DNA of 64,000 nt from Chara braunii (taxonomy: Eukaryota > Plantae > Charophyceae). A program made the translations under genes and the position numbers. The notes below the pieces were generated by a model, which saw nothing but the letters and a program-made list of their open reading frames with translations, ran no database searches and was not told the DNA's origin. The stretch lies in assembly GCA_003427395.1 (NCBI GenBank), contig BFEA01000024.1, forward strand, positions 1,695,361-1,759,360, given 5' to 3'. Position 1 is the first letter of the stretch; every line of letters begins with the position of its first letter. Shown piece after piece: positions 13,761 through 26,400 of the stretch.

Positions 13761-14366
13761 ATGCGGCCCGGGCACTGTATGGCACTCATTCGTGCAGCTG
13801 CCCAGTGGGAACTGTGGGATGGTGGGACGGTGATTCAGGTTATTATCAACATAAATGAATTCTTGCGAGGTTTGTCGAATCATACACTGTTCTGGATTGT
13901 TGAGCGTCTCTCGTGCGGCATTTGTTGGGATAGAGACGTGGTGCGTCTTGGTTGTGGAATGCATTATCTGTGTCAGCACCATTATCAATCCATTGCGACT
14001 GCCGCCATATGTGCGGAAGGGTGTCTAACATTTCCTCATTGTGCACATCCCTATCACCCAGATGTACGTTGTCCTTTCTGTTCCCAAGGACGCTATCAGA
14101 ACTGCATGATGCCGCACTGTGACGAACGTCCTGCTGTTTTCTTGACATGTGGGCAACATGTCCTNTGTCGGGATTGTTTCGATGGGATGGTTCGTGCTAG
14201 CCGTCCGGCTGAATGCTGTACTAGCGCAACTCTCCTTGGGTATCTGTGTGAACATCCCCGTCATCCTCACCGTGGTTGTCCTATCTGCCGCACCGTGGTT
14301 GTCCTATCTGCCGAGGGGGTGACAGATGAAATGTGGAAGAAACAGATAAAAAAAGAAACCAAGTAA
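13761..14366 (+). CDS. Cys/His-rich protein with RING-finger-like modules (probably TE-borne)
   Basis: CGIC..LGCGMHYLC..CPFC and CMMPHC..LTCGQHVXCRDC..CPIC spacing resembles two C3HC4 RING-like units. Open for 201 aa from an ATG. Confidence 0.55.
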   Translation: MRPGHCMALIRAAAQWELWDGGTVIQVIININEFLRGLSNHTLFWIVERLSCGICWDRDVVRLGCGMHYLCQHHYQSIATAAICAEGCLTFPHCAHPYHPDVRCPFCSQGRYQNCMMPHCDERPAVFLTCGQHVXCRDCFDGMVRASRPAECCTSATLLGYLCEHPRHPHRGCPICRTVVVLSAEGVTDEMWKKQIKKETK

Positions 14367-15284
14367 AAAGATAAAAAATAAATAAATAAAAAAAGAAACC
14401 AAGGAAGGAAAAACACAACAAAGAAACCTGAGAATAAAGAAGAAAGACAAAAGAAAAATATGTTCTGTGGGATGGTAATTGGATTATCTGTGGGATGTGT
14501 CACTTGCTTCGTCTGTTAATAGGCTTTCTTCTTCTGTGAGGTTTGGTTTCCTCCACCTTTTCTTTACCTCTTTGCCTTTTGACTGCGTGCAAGTGGGTCT
14601 TTATGACACACGGGGATGGGGGCAGCCAGCACTCAACCTGTCATCCACGTGGCTGGCCTTGTACGTAAGAGGTGACGAACAGGTGGGGCGTTCCTTCCTT
14701 CCTTCTTTTTCTTTTTCTTGTTCTGTCTTTTTTCGCTTTTGCGCTCTGATTTCCATTGTGACAATATATGCGGCCGCGGGGCTGGATGTCCGTCGTCGTG
14801 GTGGGATGTCAGTCCATCCTCAAGTGTGGGATGCCAGTCTGTCCTCAAGTGTGGTCCGGTGGCGGCGGCAGGGAGGCCTTCCGGGCTGCGGAGAGCAAAA
14901 AAGGCGCGAGAATCCCTTTTGAAATTTTGAATTTCAAACCCTTGGCTGATATGCATCGACGCACCGTGGCGTGTAGACCGCTGGAATGGACACCGGGGCG
15001 AAACGTCTGCGTGGAGGATTTGCGGCTGCCATCGCTGAATGTGCGGGGATTGGAATGTGTGCCGACGCGGTACGGAGGGTGACAATTTCGGAGTGCGTCC
15101 GCTGTAACGGGGTCCGGCGGGCCGCCATAGCAAAGCGTGCACGTCGCCCCTCCATCGAAGTTGTGTGAGACTGGTGCCTTTCCCGTCCACGCGGAGAGAG
15201 TGGAACGACGGTGCCGGCGGCCGACGCAGAGGGTGGTGAAAAGCGCATTGCGCGACGTCATCATAGTCGGAGAGCTGCAGCACG

Positions 15285-16637
15285 GTGGCAACGCCTTTGA
15301 CGACTTCGGAGAGAAATGCGGTGGTTGCAGCTGTTTCGGCAGTCGCCATGCGATATCGCATCGAGAGAACAACATCGCGCCTCAAGATGAGACTGACGAT
15401 TCGCAGCCAGCGTCAGCTCCTGCAACAAGTGATGGAGGCACCCGACTGTGTGTCCATGTCTGAATCCATTGTCCAGTTTTGCTGGGCCATGGCATCCGGT
15501 GTGATCCTGCGGGCGACTCCCAGGTGGTGGATGAGGAGAAGGACGGGAGGCACATGGGAGGATCTCCGGAAAATCGACGACGTGGCAGACGATTACTACA
15601 AGGAGAAGTTGAGGATATCCCTTAGGGTGTTCCGGGAGATCGTGGAGGCGTTGTCCCCTCTTTTGTTCCGGAGGGTGACATTCTACAGGGTACCGTTGAT
15701 GCCGGATCACATCATCGCATATGTGCTGTATCGATGGGCAAGCGGGGAGACGTACGAGAGCAGCACATCGTCATTCGACATAGGATGCGCATCAGGCTTG
15801 ATCGTAGTCGAGGACGTCACCAGGGCGCTTCTGAGCGTGTACAGTGACAACATCGTTCGGCCTTCCGGGTTGTGGCGGGTGCTCGTTCTGCGCGCGTTCG
15901 AGGCCAAGGGTTTCCCCAACTGCTATGGCGGCATAGACTGCACGCACATATACGTGGACAAACCAGCGAATGCACCATCGGAGAACTACTTCGATCGAAA
16001 ACATCGTTTCTTCGTTGTTGCGCAGGTGGTGGTGGATTTGGACTTGCGCATTACGAATGTTTTCGTCGGTTATCCAGGGAGCTGCCATAACATTTGCGTG
16101 CTTCAGCTTTCCAGCCTGTGGGCGCGTGCGGAGGAGGGGGATCTTTTCCGTGGACCTGCTGTGGTGCTGCCATTCGGAGTGAAGACACACGGGTACATTC
16201 TTGGCGATAACGGCTATCCTCCTCTGGAGTGGATCGTCGTGCCTTACGGGGGGACCGATCAATGTGCCGGCGAAGAGAGGTTCGACAACGAGTAGAAGGT
16301 CGCCAAAGGAGCAGTGGAGAGAGCTTTCAGGAGATTGAAAGGGATGTGGAGGTTGTTCCTTCGCACACACAAGACGGATATAGACACTCTTCCGCTACAG
16401 TTCCAAGCCGTGTGCATTCTGCACAACATCCTCCTCGATGTTGGCATGGACTTCGACGAGAACTTGTTGTGGGAGGTGGACGCTAATGGCGCACGCCGAC
16501 GAGTGGACTTGGGGTTGGATCCCCCACCCCACCCCATCGTGGAAAACTTTAATCGACCTCATGCGCCAGCGTTGCGCGAAGCGTTGGCGGAGCGCATGAA
16601 GCACTCGGGAACGCGCAAACTCCCTCGACGACGGTAG
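15285..16637 (+). pseudogene. PIF/Harbinger (DDE_Tnp_4, HARBI1-like) transposase with one in-frame stop at 16293-16295
   Basis: LRISLRVFREIV (HTH), GFPNCYGGIDCTHI, GYPGSCHN, ILGDNGYP, VERAFRRLKGMWR, AVCILHN. The two ORFs are in the same frame. Confidence 0.92.
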
Positions 16638-16987
16638 CTACGTCAGCAAGCTCAAAGGGGGGGGGGGGGAAGGGAACGTGGTGATGTACCGGAGGGGGCG
16701 ACTGTTGTTGTGCTCCGGCGGGAGTGTTACTTAGCGTGAATTTTAATCAGTTCGCGAACCTTTGAAGAGCAACGGAGCGCTGCTCCATAACGTTGTTTTC
16801 GCAAACGACGGTGTCTTTCTTGTGCCATTTTTGAAAGTCCGCTTCCTTGGATGCGCTTTTGTGTCATCTATGAGTTCTTTTGTTGTGTTAATTGATCGAT
16901 GCAGATTTTTTGTGTCATTCAGTTCATGCAGCAACAAATGAAGCACCTTCTTGTCTATCCATGCGCATTTCCTTCAATTCATCCACC

Positions 16988-17122
16988 AATAAATCAATCA
17001 ATGAATCAATCGATCAATCGATGAAGCAATTAGCCGACCAATCGATCAATCAATCAATGGATCAATCGATTGGTCGACCATCGATAAATCGATCAATCGA
17101 TCAATCAATCAATCAATCAATC
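16988..17122. repeat. (ATCA/ATCG)n tetranucleotide microsatellite
   Basis: Directly visible. Confidence 0.9.
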
Positions 17123-17515
17123 TTTCGATACGAAAAAATAATTTTCAAAGACGCGGAAGGAAAATCTTGCAAAATGTACCATTCAATACATGCCCTGCAT
17201 CCAGGAAAGAAATTGAAAATACGCATCCTTTCTTGTTGTGGTATCCATGAAAAGGTGCCATTAATCACATGGTCTTCACTGAGCAATGCATGCACTGTAC
17301 AAATCCGCAATAAAACAAAAACGAAACCGACCACGTCCACACTTGGTTGCCACGAACATGCGCGTCGGCGGCCGACGTGGCACACTACACGACTATGGCG
17401 AAACAAACGGCCGCACCAACTTCAAAGCGCCCCTCAATGGTCGACACGCATCTACACATCCCCCCCTACCCGCCCGAAACCTCGCCATCCCTGCCTCCCC
17501 CATTCCAATCCTGCG

Positions 17516-17980
17516 TCAACACACCTCCCCCCCTGCCCCCGCACCCGCCATACACAAACCAACATGACGGGTGTGCTGCAGAAGACTGCGGACGATTCCA
17601 CTCCACGGGCGAAGCATGCTGCCACGACGTGCAAGACGGCCATATCCACCACATTCAACTGCTTCATCGTCGGGACCGTCCTCCTTGCGAACGCCATCAA
17701 AAGGTCCCGTCCCCATCCGGTCCATCTTTGCCACGATGTTGGGGTCCTCCAAACCAGTGTGGTAGTTGAAGCGCACTCCACATAAAGCCCACTCCGGGAT
17801 GTAGTTAGGAAACACACCCATCGTCAAGGGCGGCTTCCCGAGGCGAGTCAATACGACATTCGTGGACTGGAGAACATGTCGGCGCCAGTTGAAAGATTGT
17901 GAACCAGCCGCCACAATCGTGGGCTTCGCCACGAGCTGCGCGTAGTATGACGCCTCCTCGTAGGAGCGCGCATCGTCAAC
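17516..17980 (-). pseudogene. C-terminal fragment of an unknown ORF convergent with the Harbinger transposase (possibly the element's second ORF)
   Basis: Open GC-rich frame YEEASYYAQLVAKPTIV...; composition changes abruptly at ~17980. The assignment is positional only. Confidence 0.3.
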
Positions 17981-18375
17981 TCTAGAACTGATTCAAGATT
18001 GAAAATTTCAAAAGCAATACCTGCGCGCGAAAATGGACACGTAAATTCTTATGCCTATTCCTATTCCTTCAGAAAATTCACCGAGTTTTTCAATACGGAT
18101 TTGGGGATACTCATGTGCAAGAAAGGACACATCAATGGTAAGTGCACCCGCAAATTCCGAAACTACCAATTGCTGAACAAAATTCCTCGTGAGCTCGCTA
18201 AGGCGCGCGTCCTACGTAAAGTTCATTGACATTGAAGAAAAACAAAAATTCTGAAAATCCTAAGAAAGCAAAAACACTTCACAGTAGGGAGGCCTCAATG
18301 ACAATTGGACTCATGCATTATCCTCGTGCCAAAAAGAAGATACCCCAACGCCCGTTAATGGTCGAAAGGGGAAAA

Positions 18376-21290
18376 GGCGAAAGAATTGTACGCCAGTTGA
18401 GCTGGACACGACGCGTCCCTTGATGGTGGATCCACCATCCCAGGGTTTTGTTTCCCCAGTTGACAGTCATATCTGAGATTGCTGTAAGCCGGTCGAATAA
18501 TCGTCTGATCTCTTCCATATTTGTTGAGGTTGCATCGACCATGAGTGTCAGGTCGTCTGCAAACATCGAAAAGATTGGGATTGCTTCTTCCGGTATGGCC
18601 GAGATCTGCAGTTTCCTCATGTCTTTGTTGGTGCGGAGGTTCGCTGCCAGTGCTTCCATCACAATAATAAACAAGAAGGGTGTCAAAGGGTCCCCTTGGC
18701 GAACCGACCGCTGCAGCGAAAAGGCCCGTGCTATCCTTCCATTTACCTAAACACACGTGGTTGCGTTGTGATGGAATATTTCGGTCCAGCACCGGAAAGC
18801 AGACCTTATATTTATTTTTTCCATGCATTTGTCTAGGAAGAGCCAGTCCACGTGGTCATAGGCTTTTTCAAAGTTTATAAAGACCACTGCCGCATTTTGT
18901 TTGTCCTGTCTTGTTAGTTTAAGTAGCTCTTTAACTAATAGTATGTTATCCTGTATCCTGCACCCTTTGATAAACCCAGTTTGCGTCGGATGTATGATGT
19001 CTTCCAAAAGTGGGAGTAGTCGGTTCGCCAGGGCCTTCGCCAACATTTTGTAAACCACTGTGAGCAAGGTTATTGGCCTGTAATTTCAAATATCCATCTT
19101 GTCTCCCTTTTTGTGTAACAAGGTGAGGACACCCTGTCCCACCAGCTCTCTCATTCTCCCTGTTTCCCACACCTGCTGATAAAACTCCATGAGGTTCGTG
19201 GCCATCTGAGTCCAGAAGGTTTCCCAGAATTCTTTTCGAAACCCATCTATGCCCGACGTTTTCTTTTTTTCCATCTGCAACATCGCCGTCCATATTTCCT
19301 CTTAGAACAAGGATGATCCAGGTCTGATCTTTGTTGTCCAGTCAGGGTTTTCTCCAATGGTTCCAAGAAGTCCCCGATTTCTTTCTCTCTTGCCTTCCTC
19401 TCCTGCCGGGCACACCTCGAGGTGAACAGGTCCTGGTAGAAAGATCTTGCTATCTGTGTACAATGGGGGGTGAAGGTGATGATATCCTGGTGACCAGTTC
19501 GTGGATCATGTAGTGCTTCGATGGTTGTTCTGCGCGAACGCACTCGAGCCATGCTGAAGAATTTTTTATCCATTGTTCCTTCTGTGTGGTATCTTATTAG
19601 CCGTCCTCTTATCCATGTTCCCTCCCAACGTTGTGTGGCGAAAATATGGAGTCGTTGTCTCAGTGTTTGTATCTCTGGATATTCTTCTGACTGTGAATGT
19701 TGGGTGTCGTTAGACTGGTCTTGGTGCTCGAGTTGCTGCAATTGTTGGTGAATTTCCATTTCCTGTTGATGTTTTCTAGTTGCTATCAGTTTAAGGTATT
19801 CACGGCATTTTTCACCCAAATAGAATAATCCGTTATTAAACCAGTCTATTGACTGCTGGAAGTGTTGCTTTTGCAAGTGCCAGTACGTCCAACAGTCCGT
19901 AATGTAGTTCTGAAAGGTTTTCTGTTGTAGGATGTAGGTGTTAAGTTTATAGAAACCGGGTCCCCAATCGGGCTTCTTTCGAAAGGAAAGAGTGACCGTG
20001 CACATTTTGTGATCGAGGCCCAGATATGGGCTTGCAGGCATGATTGTTGCTAGAAGTAGGGAACCCCCATATCCTCCGAGATAAGAATAAGGTCGATCCG
20101 GGATCTCGTTTGACTTTCGGTTCCAATTTTCTGTAAACATGACTAGAATCTAGTATCTGGATTCAGTTTCCGGAAGGAGTTAAAGACTTTCAGGAAAAGA
20201 CATAAGTCGTTTATCATCCGCTTACCCTCCTCCACATACATCGGGGTCGGGGAGGGCGTCCGCCATCTGTCCATCCATCGGTCCGGGGCTGCATTGAAGT
20301 CTCCAACAATAATGATCGGGACCCCTTTCGGTATTTGCACTTTGATATTCTCAAGGAAGGTTCTTCTCTCGCTTATAATGTTGGGAGCGTAGATACATAA
20401 TATGCATACAATTTCGAGTTTCAGTGTAACCAGGACAGACACCCACCGACCTTCCCCTTGATCCACCACTCAGTGGACCGGGTTTGCCCGAGACTCCGAG
20501 GGGATCCAGATGGCCACCCCAGCGCTTCCTAGCCTCGGGGCGTGAGCCCTGAAGGCTTTATATGTCCAGATCAACTTGTGAATGCGGTTGTGCTCTGGGG
20601 TGTCCATCAAGTGTGTTTCCTGGACACATATTATATCTGGCCAGTTTCTACCCCTCATTCCTCTCATCAAGTCCCAGATTGCATTTTGTTTATCTGATTT
20701 GCAGGTGGCCAGACCGTTCATGTTCAAGGAGCGTAAGTTTAGATCGGTTGCTCTCGTGCATTGGTTCCAGATACGGTCCTTCTCGTACACTGCTCTGACA
20801 GGGTCTATCTTGCTCGTGTTATTCATTGTATCCTCTTATGCTTGTTAGAGGCGGGTCCACGGCAGTTGGTCCCTGTCCCAGTCTTGGCCTTGTCTAAGGA
20901 GGGCACATAAGCACCTCTGGACATCCTGTTCAGCCCAGATATCACTGTGTCCAATCTTGACCATTTGTAGGTTCAGTAGTTGGGCGTAGATGTGCCATTT
21001 CATGTCTGCCTCCCTGGTTGGATCGTATCGTATGTAAACATCCCTTTGTGCTATTTTGTTGGGGCCTGATAAAATCGAGGCCATGGCCTGTGCCTCTGGC
21101 CGTAAGGATTCTGCAATGTGGGATTCTAATTGCATTTGCAAAATTTCAGCCGCAGCTTCTGAACGGTTGTTTTCCGCCCAAAAGGACGACTAGCCCTGTA
21201 GCGTGACAGTCCCCTGTTTGCCATTCCTTTCTGGAAACAGGCCCACTTCCCATTTCCCATTTTTCTTTCGGACCGGAATAAGCAGCATGG
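18376..21290 (-). pseudogene. LINE-B inverted segment: ORF1 C-terminus, APE endonuclease and RT core
   Basis: LRSLNMNGL, ICVQETHL, IYAPN, VGDFNA, LDHKM; INFEKAYDHV, RQGDPLTP, MFADDLT. Frameshifts and stops present. Confidence 0.9.
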
Positions 21291-23612
21291 TTGTCTGTAA
21301 CTCCCGAAAACAACCCCGGTCCAGGTGCTGGGAATCATGCTAACGGCACTAGGCAAGCCTGGATCGAACGACAAGTGGATCCAGAAACCAGCGTTAGAGA
21401 AACTGGCCCTCTGGAAAGACCGTCACATCTCCCTTATCGGAAGGGCATTGGTGATCAACAGTGTAATATTGGCAGCCCTCTGGTACAAATCTGCAATTTG
21501 GGCCCTCAGCAAGGAGGCCACTCGATCACTAAAACGGCAGGTGACAACCATGCTATGGAGAGGCAATGAAGAACTTCCAAACGGTATAAGCAGGGTAGTC
21601 TGGCAATCAGTGATCCAACCCGAAGACAAAGGGGGCCTAGGGATCCTGGACCCAGAAACCCAGATTAAAGCCTTGACAATTCAATGGATCAAAAAATTAC
21701 TCTTCACTCAACATCTCCCGTGACGGGCCCTTGCGTTGGAACAAATAACTAGACTTGCCCCACAGGCACCGCACGGAGTTAACCCACTAACCTGCCTGGA
21801 AGACCTTTGCTGGACAGTGCCACGATCTCGTCGAAACGGGCAACCTCTGAGCCGAGACACAACCCGCACGGATTTGGTCAGGGACGACTTCTGGGTCCGG
21901 GCTGTGAAAGCTTGACGCCAGCTGCCGCTACCTGACAAGCCCCCACCAACCAGGTGGGAAGAGGTGGCGTGATAACCCCTTTTCGGTAATAGAAGAATAA
22001 CAGACCGGTACAGCAGGGTGTATTGCAGCTCAAGTACCCCGTGGAATAGTTGGGTAAAAAAAGGTATAACCAAAATAAAAGATATATGGGATACACGAGT
22101 GGGGGACTGGAAATCCGCACAGCAACTAAGGACTACACTAAAGTACTGCCACAAAATCGAAGAGCACATCGAAACCTTGATCTTTGCTATCCCCCTAGAC
22201 TGGGTCTGTATCCTGTGCAAAGGGCCGCGGTTGATAAAAGGGGACTGGGTAACAGCCCCGGGCGACCCGGAGAGTGTAGGCAACATGATGGAGGTACGGG
22301 CGGACTCAACCCTGATCAACCTCTTCCATATTGGCAAGGACAATATGCTCACCTGCTACACTCCGGATGTGGTTAAATGATGTAGAAACTCAGACCTGCT
22401 CAGAATCCGGGTGCTGCGGAACAAAGATGTGTGGATTGCATATCAGCCAGACATCCCTGTGACGGAACTCCCCTTTGATTCCGATGAATGGCAGTGATCC
22501 CGCCCACGAAAACGCAAGGCGGAAGAAAGCTTAAAATTACATACCTTAACGGTGAAGGCTACATAGCGCCTGCTGAGACAAAAAATGAACATAAAATAAA
22601 CATTGAAGGGCCGATGGAGATCGCACCTGAATAAAGGAACAGAGGCAATTCGCCCCATTGGATGGTTTACAACCACAAGGTTTAGGCCAGCAAAGATGGC
22701 CTCGCTACAATGGCAGATAGAACATCATTGTCTGCCCACAATGAATGGCTGATAGATCGTACGTATCTAGAGCAGAAAGGAAGGGCGCTACCGTGGTGCC
22801 GCTCGTGCCGCACCGCCTTCCCTTTCCGCAGAATCCTGGAAACTATAAAGCATATATTTATGCAGTGTCCGGGGGCGGTGCTTACGTGGCGATGGTGGGA
22901 CAAAATCTGGTCAAAGTTCGTTACCGGCTCCAACTGGCCATGGGACTGGAGAACCATACTATGTGAAACATGGTCCTCCCCCACCGGCGATGTCTTTGAA
23001 AACAATATGTTCCAGTTACGAAGGAGAGCAGTCACGTGGGCCCTTTGGAGGAAATGTTGTATCCATGCAATAGAGGGGGTCCGTATAGTCGGGGAAGAGG
23101 TAACAAACATGATAAAACAATATATCCAACAAGAACTCAGAGTACAGTGGCAAAAAGTGAAAAACCAACTTGAGCTGTTTCATACATCGAAGGACATAAC
23201 ACAAGCAATTCAACAGTTTTCTGGGGACTGGTTGGGCAATGAGAACGGAGGTTGGATCGCACTCGTCCGATGGGACGACAAGCCTGCCCAGGAATGCGAC
23301 GAGGAGGAGTTCAGAAGAGATTACTCCATAATTACTCCATCACCTTCAGAGACTGGACTACAATGGGAAAGGAGATTCCACTGCGACCACCTACGGATTC
23401 CCCCGACCCATTTCCACCCAACCAACTGGCGATGGTTGACATGCAATGGTATGATGCAGAATGAGAAAGGCTTCACGCAGGACAAAGGCCCGACAAGCCT
23501 AAGCAAGGAAGCAGCGGTCAAATATCCAGCACATGGAAGCATCAGAGGTATGAAGGGTTTTCAAACCCCTGCATCGCTAGTCCCCTGGAAACAAGGCAAT
23601 CAATGCTGGTAG
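21291..23612 (+). pseudogene. LINE-B 3' segment: RT thumb region and zf-RVT
   Basis: VLGIML..WKDRHISLIGRALVINSV, QPEDKGGLGILDP, WCRSC..ETIKHIFMQCP..W.WW. Homologous to 56400-57877. Confidence 0.88.
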
Positions 23613-24422
23613 GCTGTCGGAAACACAATGGAGAACATTTTTCGGTAGTAGATATATGAGGTCTGGTACATGGCAAGAGGTATTCTCGTTGCCTTTTCAT
23701 AACCTGCACAGGTAATCCTTTGGGGGGGGAAAATATGACTTCAGTATGGCGTAGGGGGAGGGAGGAACTAGCGTGTAGCTGTGTATCTGACGCCAGATTT
23801 AAGGTGAAAAGGTTCCCCCTTCCCTCCAATATCATGCTCAGTCAATCCCCTGGATCCCAGGGTAATCAATGCTGGCAGGAACACTCCACAATCTTTTCTG
23901 ATGTACCCCAAATTCAGTCTGTATAAGGGACGCTGGACCCTCTTTCCAGCAGGTGATGCTCCCCACCAATAGATGGAGCCTATCCCCAGGTGTTAGTGGT
24001 GTCTGGTCTTATCAACACCACTAACACTGATGGGGGTGTTTTTTTCTTTAAAAAAAAAAAAAAAAAGATCGAAAGGGGAAAAAAAAACATGGCAGAAGTT
24101 TGTTCAAGCACATGGGCTGGTACGTCACATGTTCGATGGTCTTGTTCCATTTTTGCACGAGGAAGTCTATTAGGCACCTTTGGCACCATGGACGCGCCCT
24201 CCCTTTTTGTTCTAGATGAGTATGATCAATCAGCCAGGCGTCGGCCGGGAGGCAGTGGTGGGCGATCTGTCACTGCAAGGACGTGACTTTTGTAGGTCTG
24301 GCCTTGCTTTTATTCAACCATTTCATGGGCGTAAAGAGAGATCGCTCCACATTAAGTTGCTTGGCCTATCTGTTGATAATTTTATCTTGTAGCAGTCTCT
24401 TGGGTCAAAGGTTAGACAAGGC

Positions 24423-26400
24423 TTGTACAGTAAGACTCCTGAAGAGCGGGCGGAGTGGTGGATGAAAAGCCTCGAAGATTTCACACTGAATAAAGGTGGA
24501 CGGAAACGTGTTCATCCTGTAGAGTTAGAACGTTACATGTGCGTCAAGGCCTACTGCAATGTTCTCGGTGTCTCTCGTAATACGTTTTATAGCTACAAAA
24601 AACGATTCGACAATGGCTTTGTGCGTTGCGAGCACGGGTTGACGGGTAGACAACATCCAAAAGACAAGACGGTCGGCATGTTTGCTAGCATGAAAACGTT
24701 CATCGAGTGTCATGCGGATAGCATGCCGAATGAGGTGGCTCATAAAAACGGGGTTTACAGACAAAAACTTCCACTGCCAGCTACTTTTACAAAGATATAA
24801 ATTTATGAGTCCATCAAATCAAACTTCGTGGCGGCGGGCCTCAAGGTTGCGTCGGAGTCCAATTTTTATAAAATATGACATAAACACTTTTTCCATGTTT
24901 TCCTCGCACAATCTAACACGTTCACAAAGTGCGTCGTCTGTCATGAACTGAAGAAACGTATACAATATGTTGCTTTTCCTCGAGATCGAGAACGAGTTCG
25001 AGAGGATATAAAAGCTCACCAAATGCGGCAAGTAGAACACAGATTGGACTATAGCCGAGCGAAGACTGATTCAATGGTCCGTCCGAACGAGCGTTTGTGT
25101 CTCATTGTTGACAGTATGGATCAGAAGAAGATAACTATCTCCCATATTGGCCAGACGAACTACTCGAAAGCACTTAGGCACGAAATGATGATGAAGATGA
25201 ATCTGACAGGTGTCATTGCACACGGTAGAGACCCTAGTATATATGTCTACACCTGGTTTTCGTATTTCAAACACGACTCAAACACAATCACTACTTGTCT
25301 TATGAGAACCCTCGTCAAAATTCAAGCGAGCGAAACGCCACTGCCACCTTTTTGCATTCAAGCAGATAATTGTTGGCGGGACAATAAAAACAAGTACATA
25401 TGTGCGCTAGCTGCACTCTTGGTTAAGTTCAAAGTTTTATAAGAGGTGGAAATAGATCTTATGCTGGTGGGACATACCCATACAAACGTTGACGCTACTT
25501 TCAGCGCCTTCTATAAGAAATTGAAAGACATACACGCTTATACCATGGACGAGCTCTTTGAGCTCATATAGCAATCCCACAAAAAACCTCTGAAATGTAC
25601 TTTTTTCGATACACTGGCAGATTGGATTTGTATACTAGACTTATGTGTTGCATCAGACATTACTGGTATTTTGAAACTGTACTTGCTTAAATTTTTGATG
25701 GTTGGAGATAATCCGGGCATGTTGTCCAGGAGTTTTGCGATAATGACAACTGGTTGCCCGAGGAAGGTCCGATTTATTGATTCAATCAAAATCCCGATGA
25801 AAGCTACGTAGGTCCTTCGTGACCATTTGACCTGCCTCTTATGTAACCCCTTCCTCGAAATTACTATTATAATGACAAAAATGATGTTATTTGATTTCGC
25901 GAGTTACTGCAGAGCAGGCGATCAACGTGGTGCACTTTCAATGAACATGAGGTGAGTAGGAGAAAACGAGCTTTGTGTTATTGGAAAGAGGTTATCAAAC
26001 ATGGGGACGAGATCATCGTTTGTCCTCACAACCTCTGTAATTTTTTTGGTCAAGAGCACGGTTGCTCGAAAGAGATCAACAACCTTCTCCTGACAGTGTC
26101 AACATCGACGACAGAGAACCCATATTTGTTGGACGTTGAAAAGATCGCCCAAAGACCAGTTTCGACCCCCTCATGCATGTTGACGTGGACACCTTTCTCA
26201 TCCTTCGCCCATCCGACTACGATCTGTCCAGTGACATGCCTATCTGGGTGGACAAAGCACTTTCTCGGGTGGTTGTTGAAAATAATTCGTCGAATTATAA
26301 TGAAGTGTTAGTGGAGTACTGGGTGCCAACTGGGAGATTAAAGTCGCTCAGAGAACTGTATGATAACGTATGGAAGAAAAGATGGAAGATGACTGAGTAA
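24423..26400 (+). pseudogene. Sola-like DDD transposase relic
   Basis: Across broken frames: FTKCVVCHEL, LIVDSMDQKK, TGVIAHG, QADNCWRDNKNKY, LMLVGHTHTNVDATFS. These match the D..DNC..NKN..GHTH..D pattern of Sola-related transposases. TIRs not found. Confidence 0.7.

Larger units (their letters stand above)
18376..24068. mobile_element. LINE-B (L1/Tx1-like) with 5' inversion, poly(A) tail and 14-bp TSD
   Basis: TSD TCGAAAGGGGAAAA at 18362-18375 and 24069-24082; poly(A) 24050-24066. Segment 18376-~21290 is on the minus strand and ~21291-24068 on the plus strand. Confidence 0.9.
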
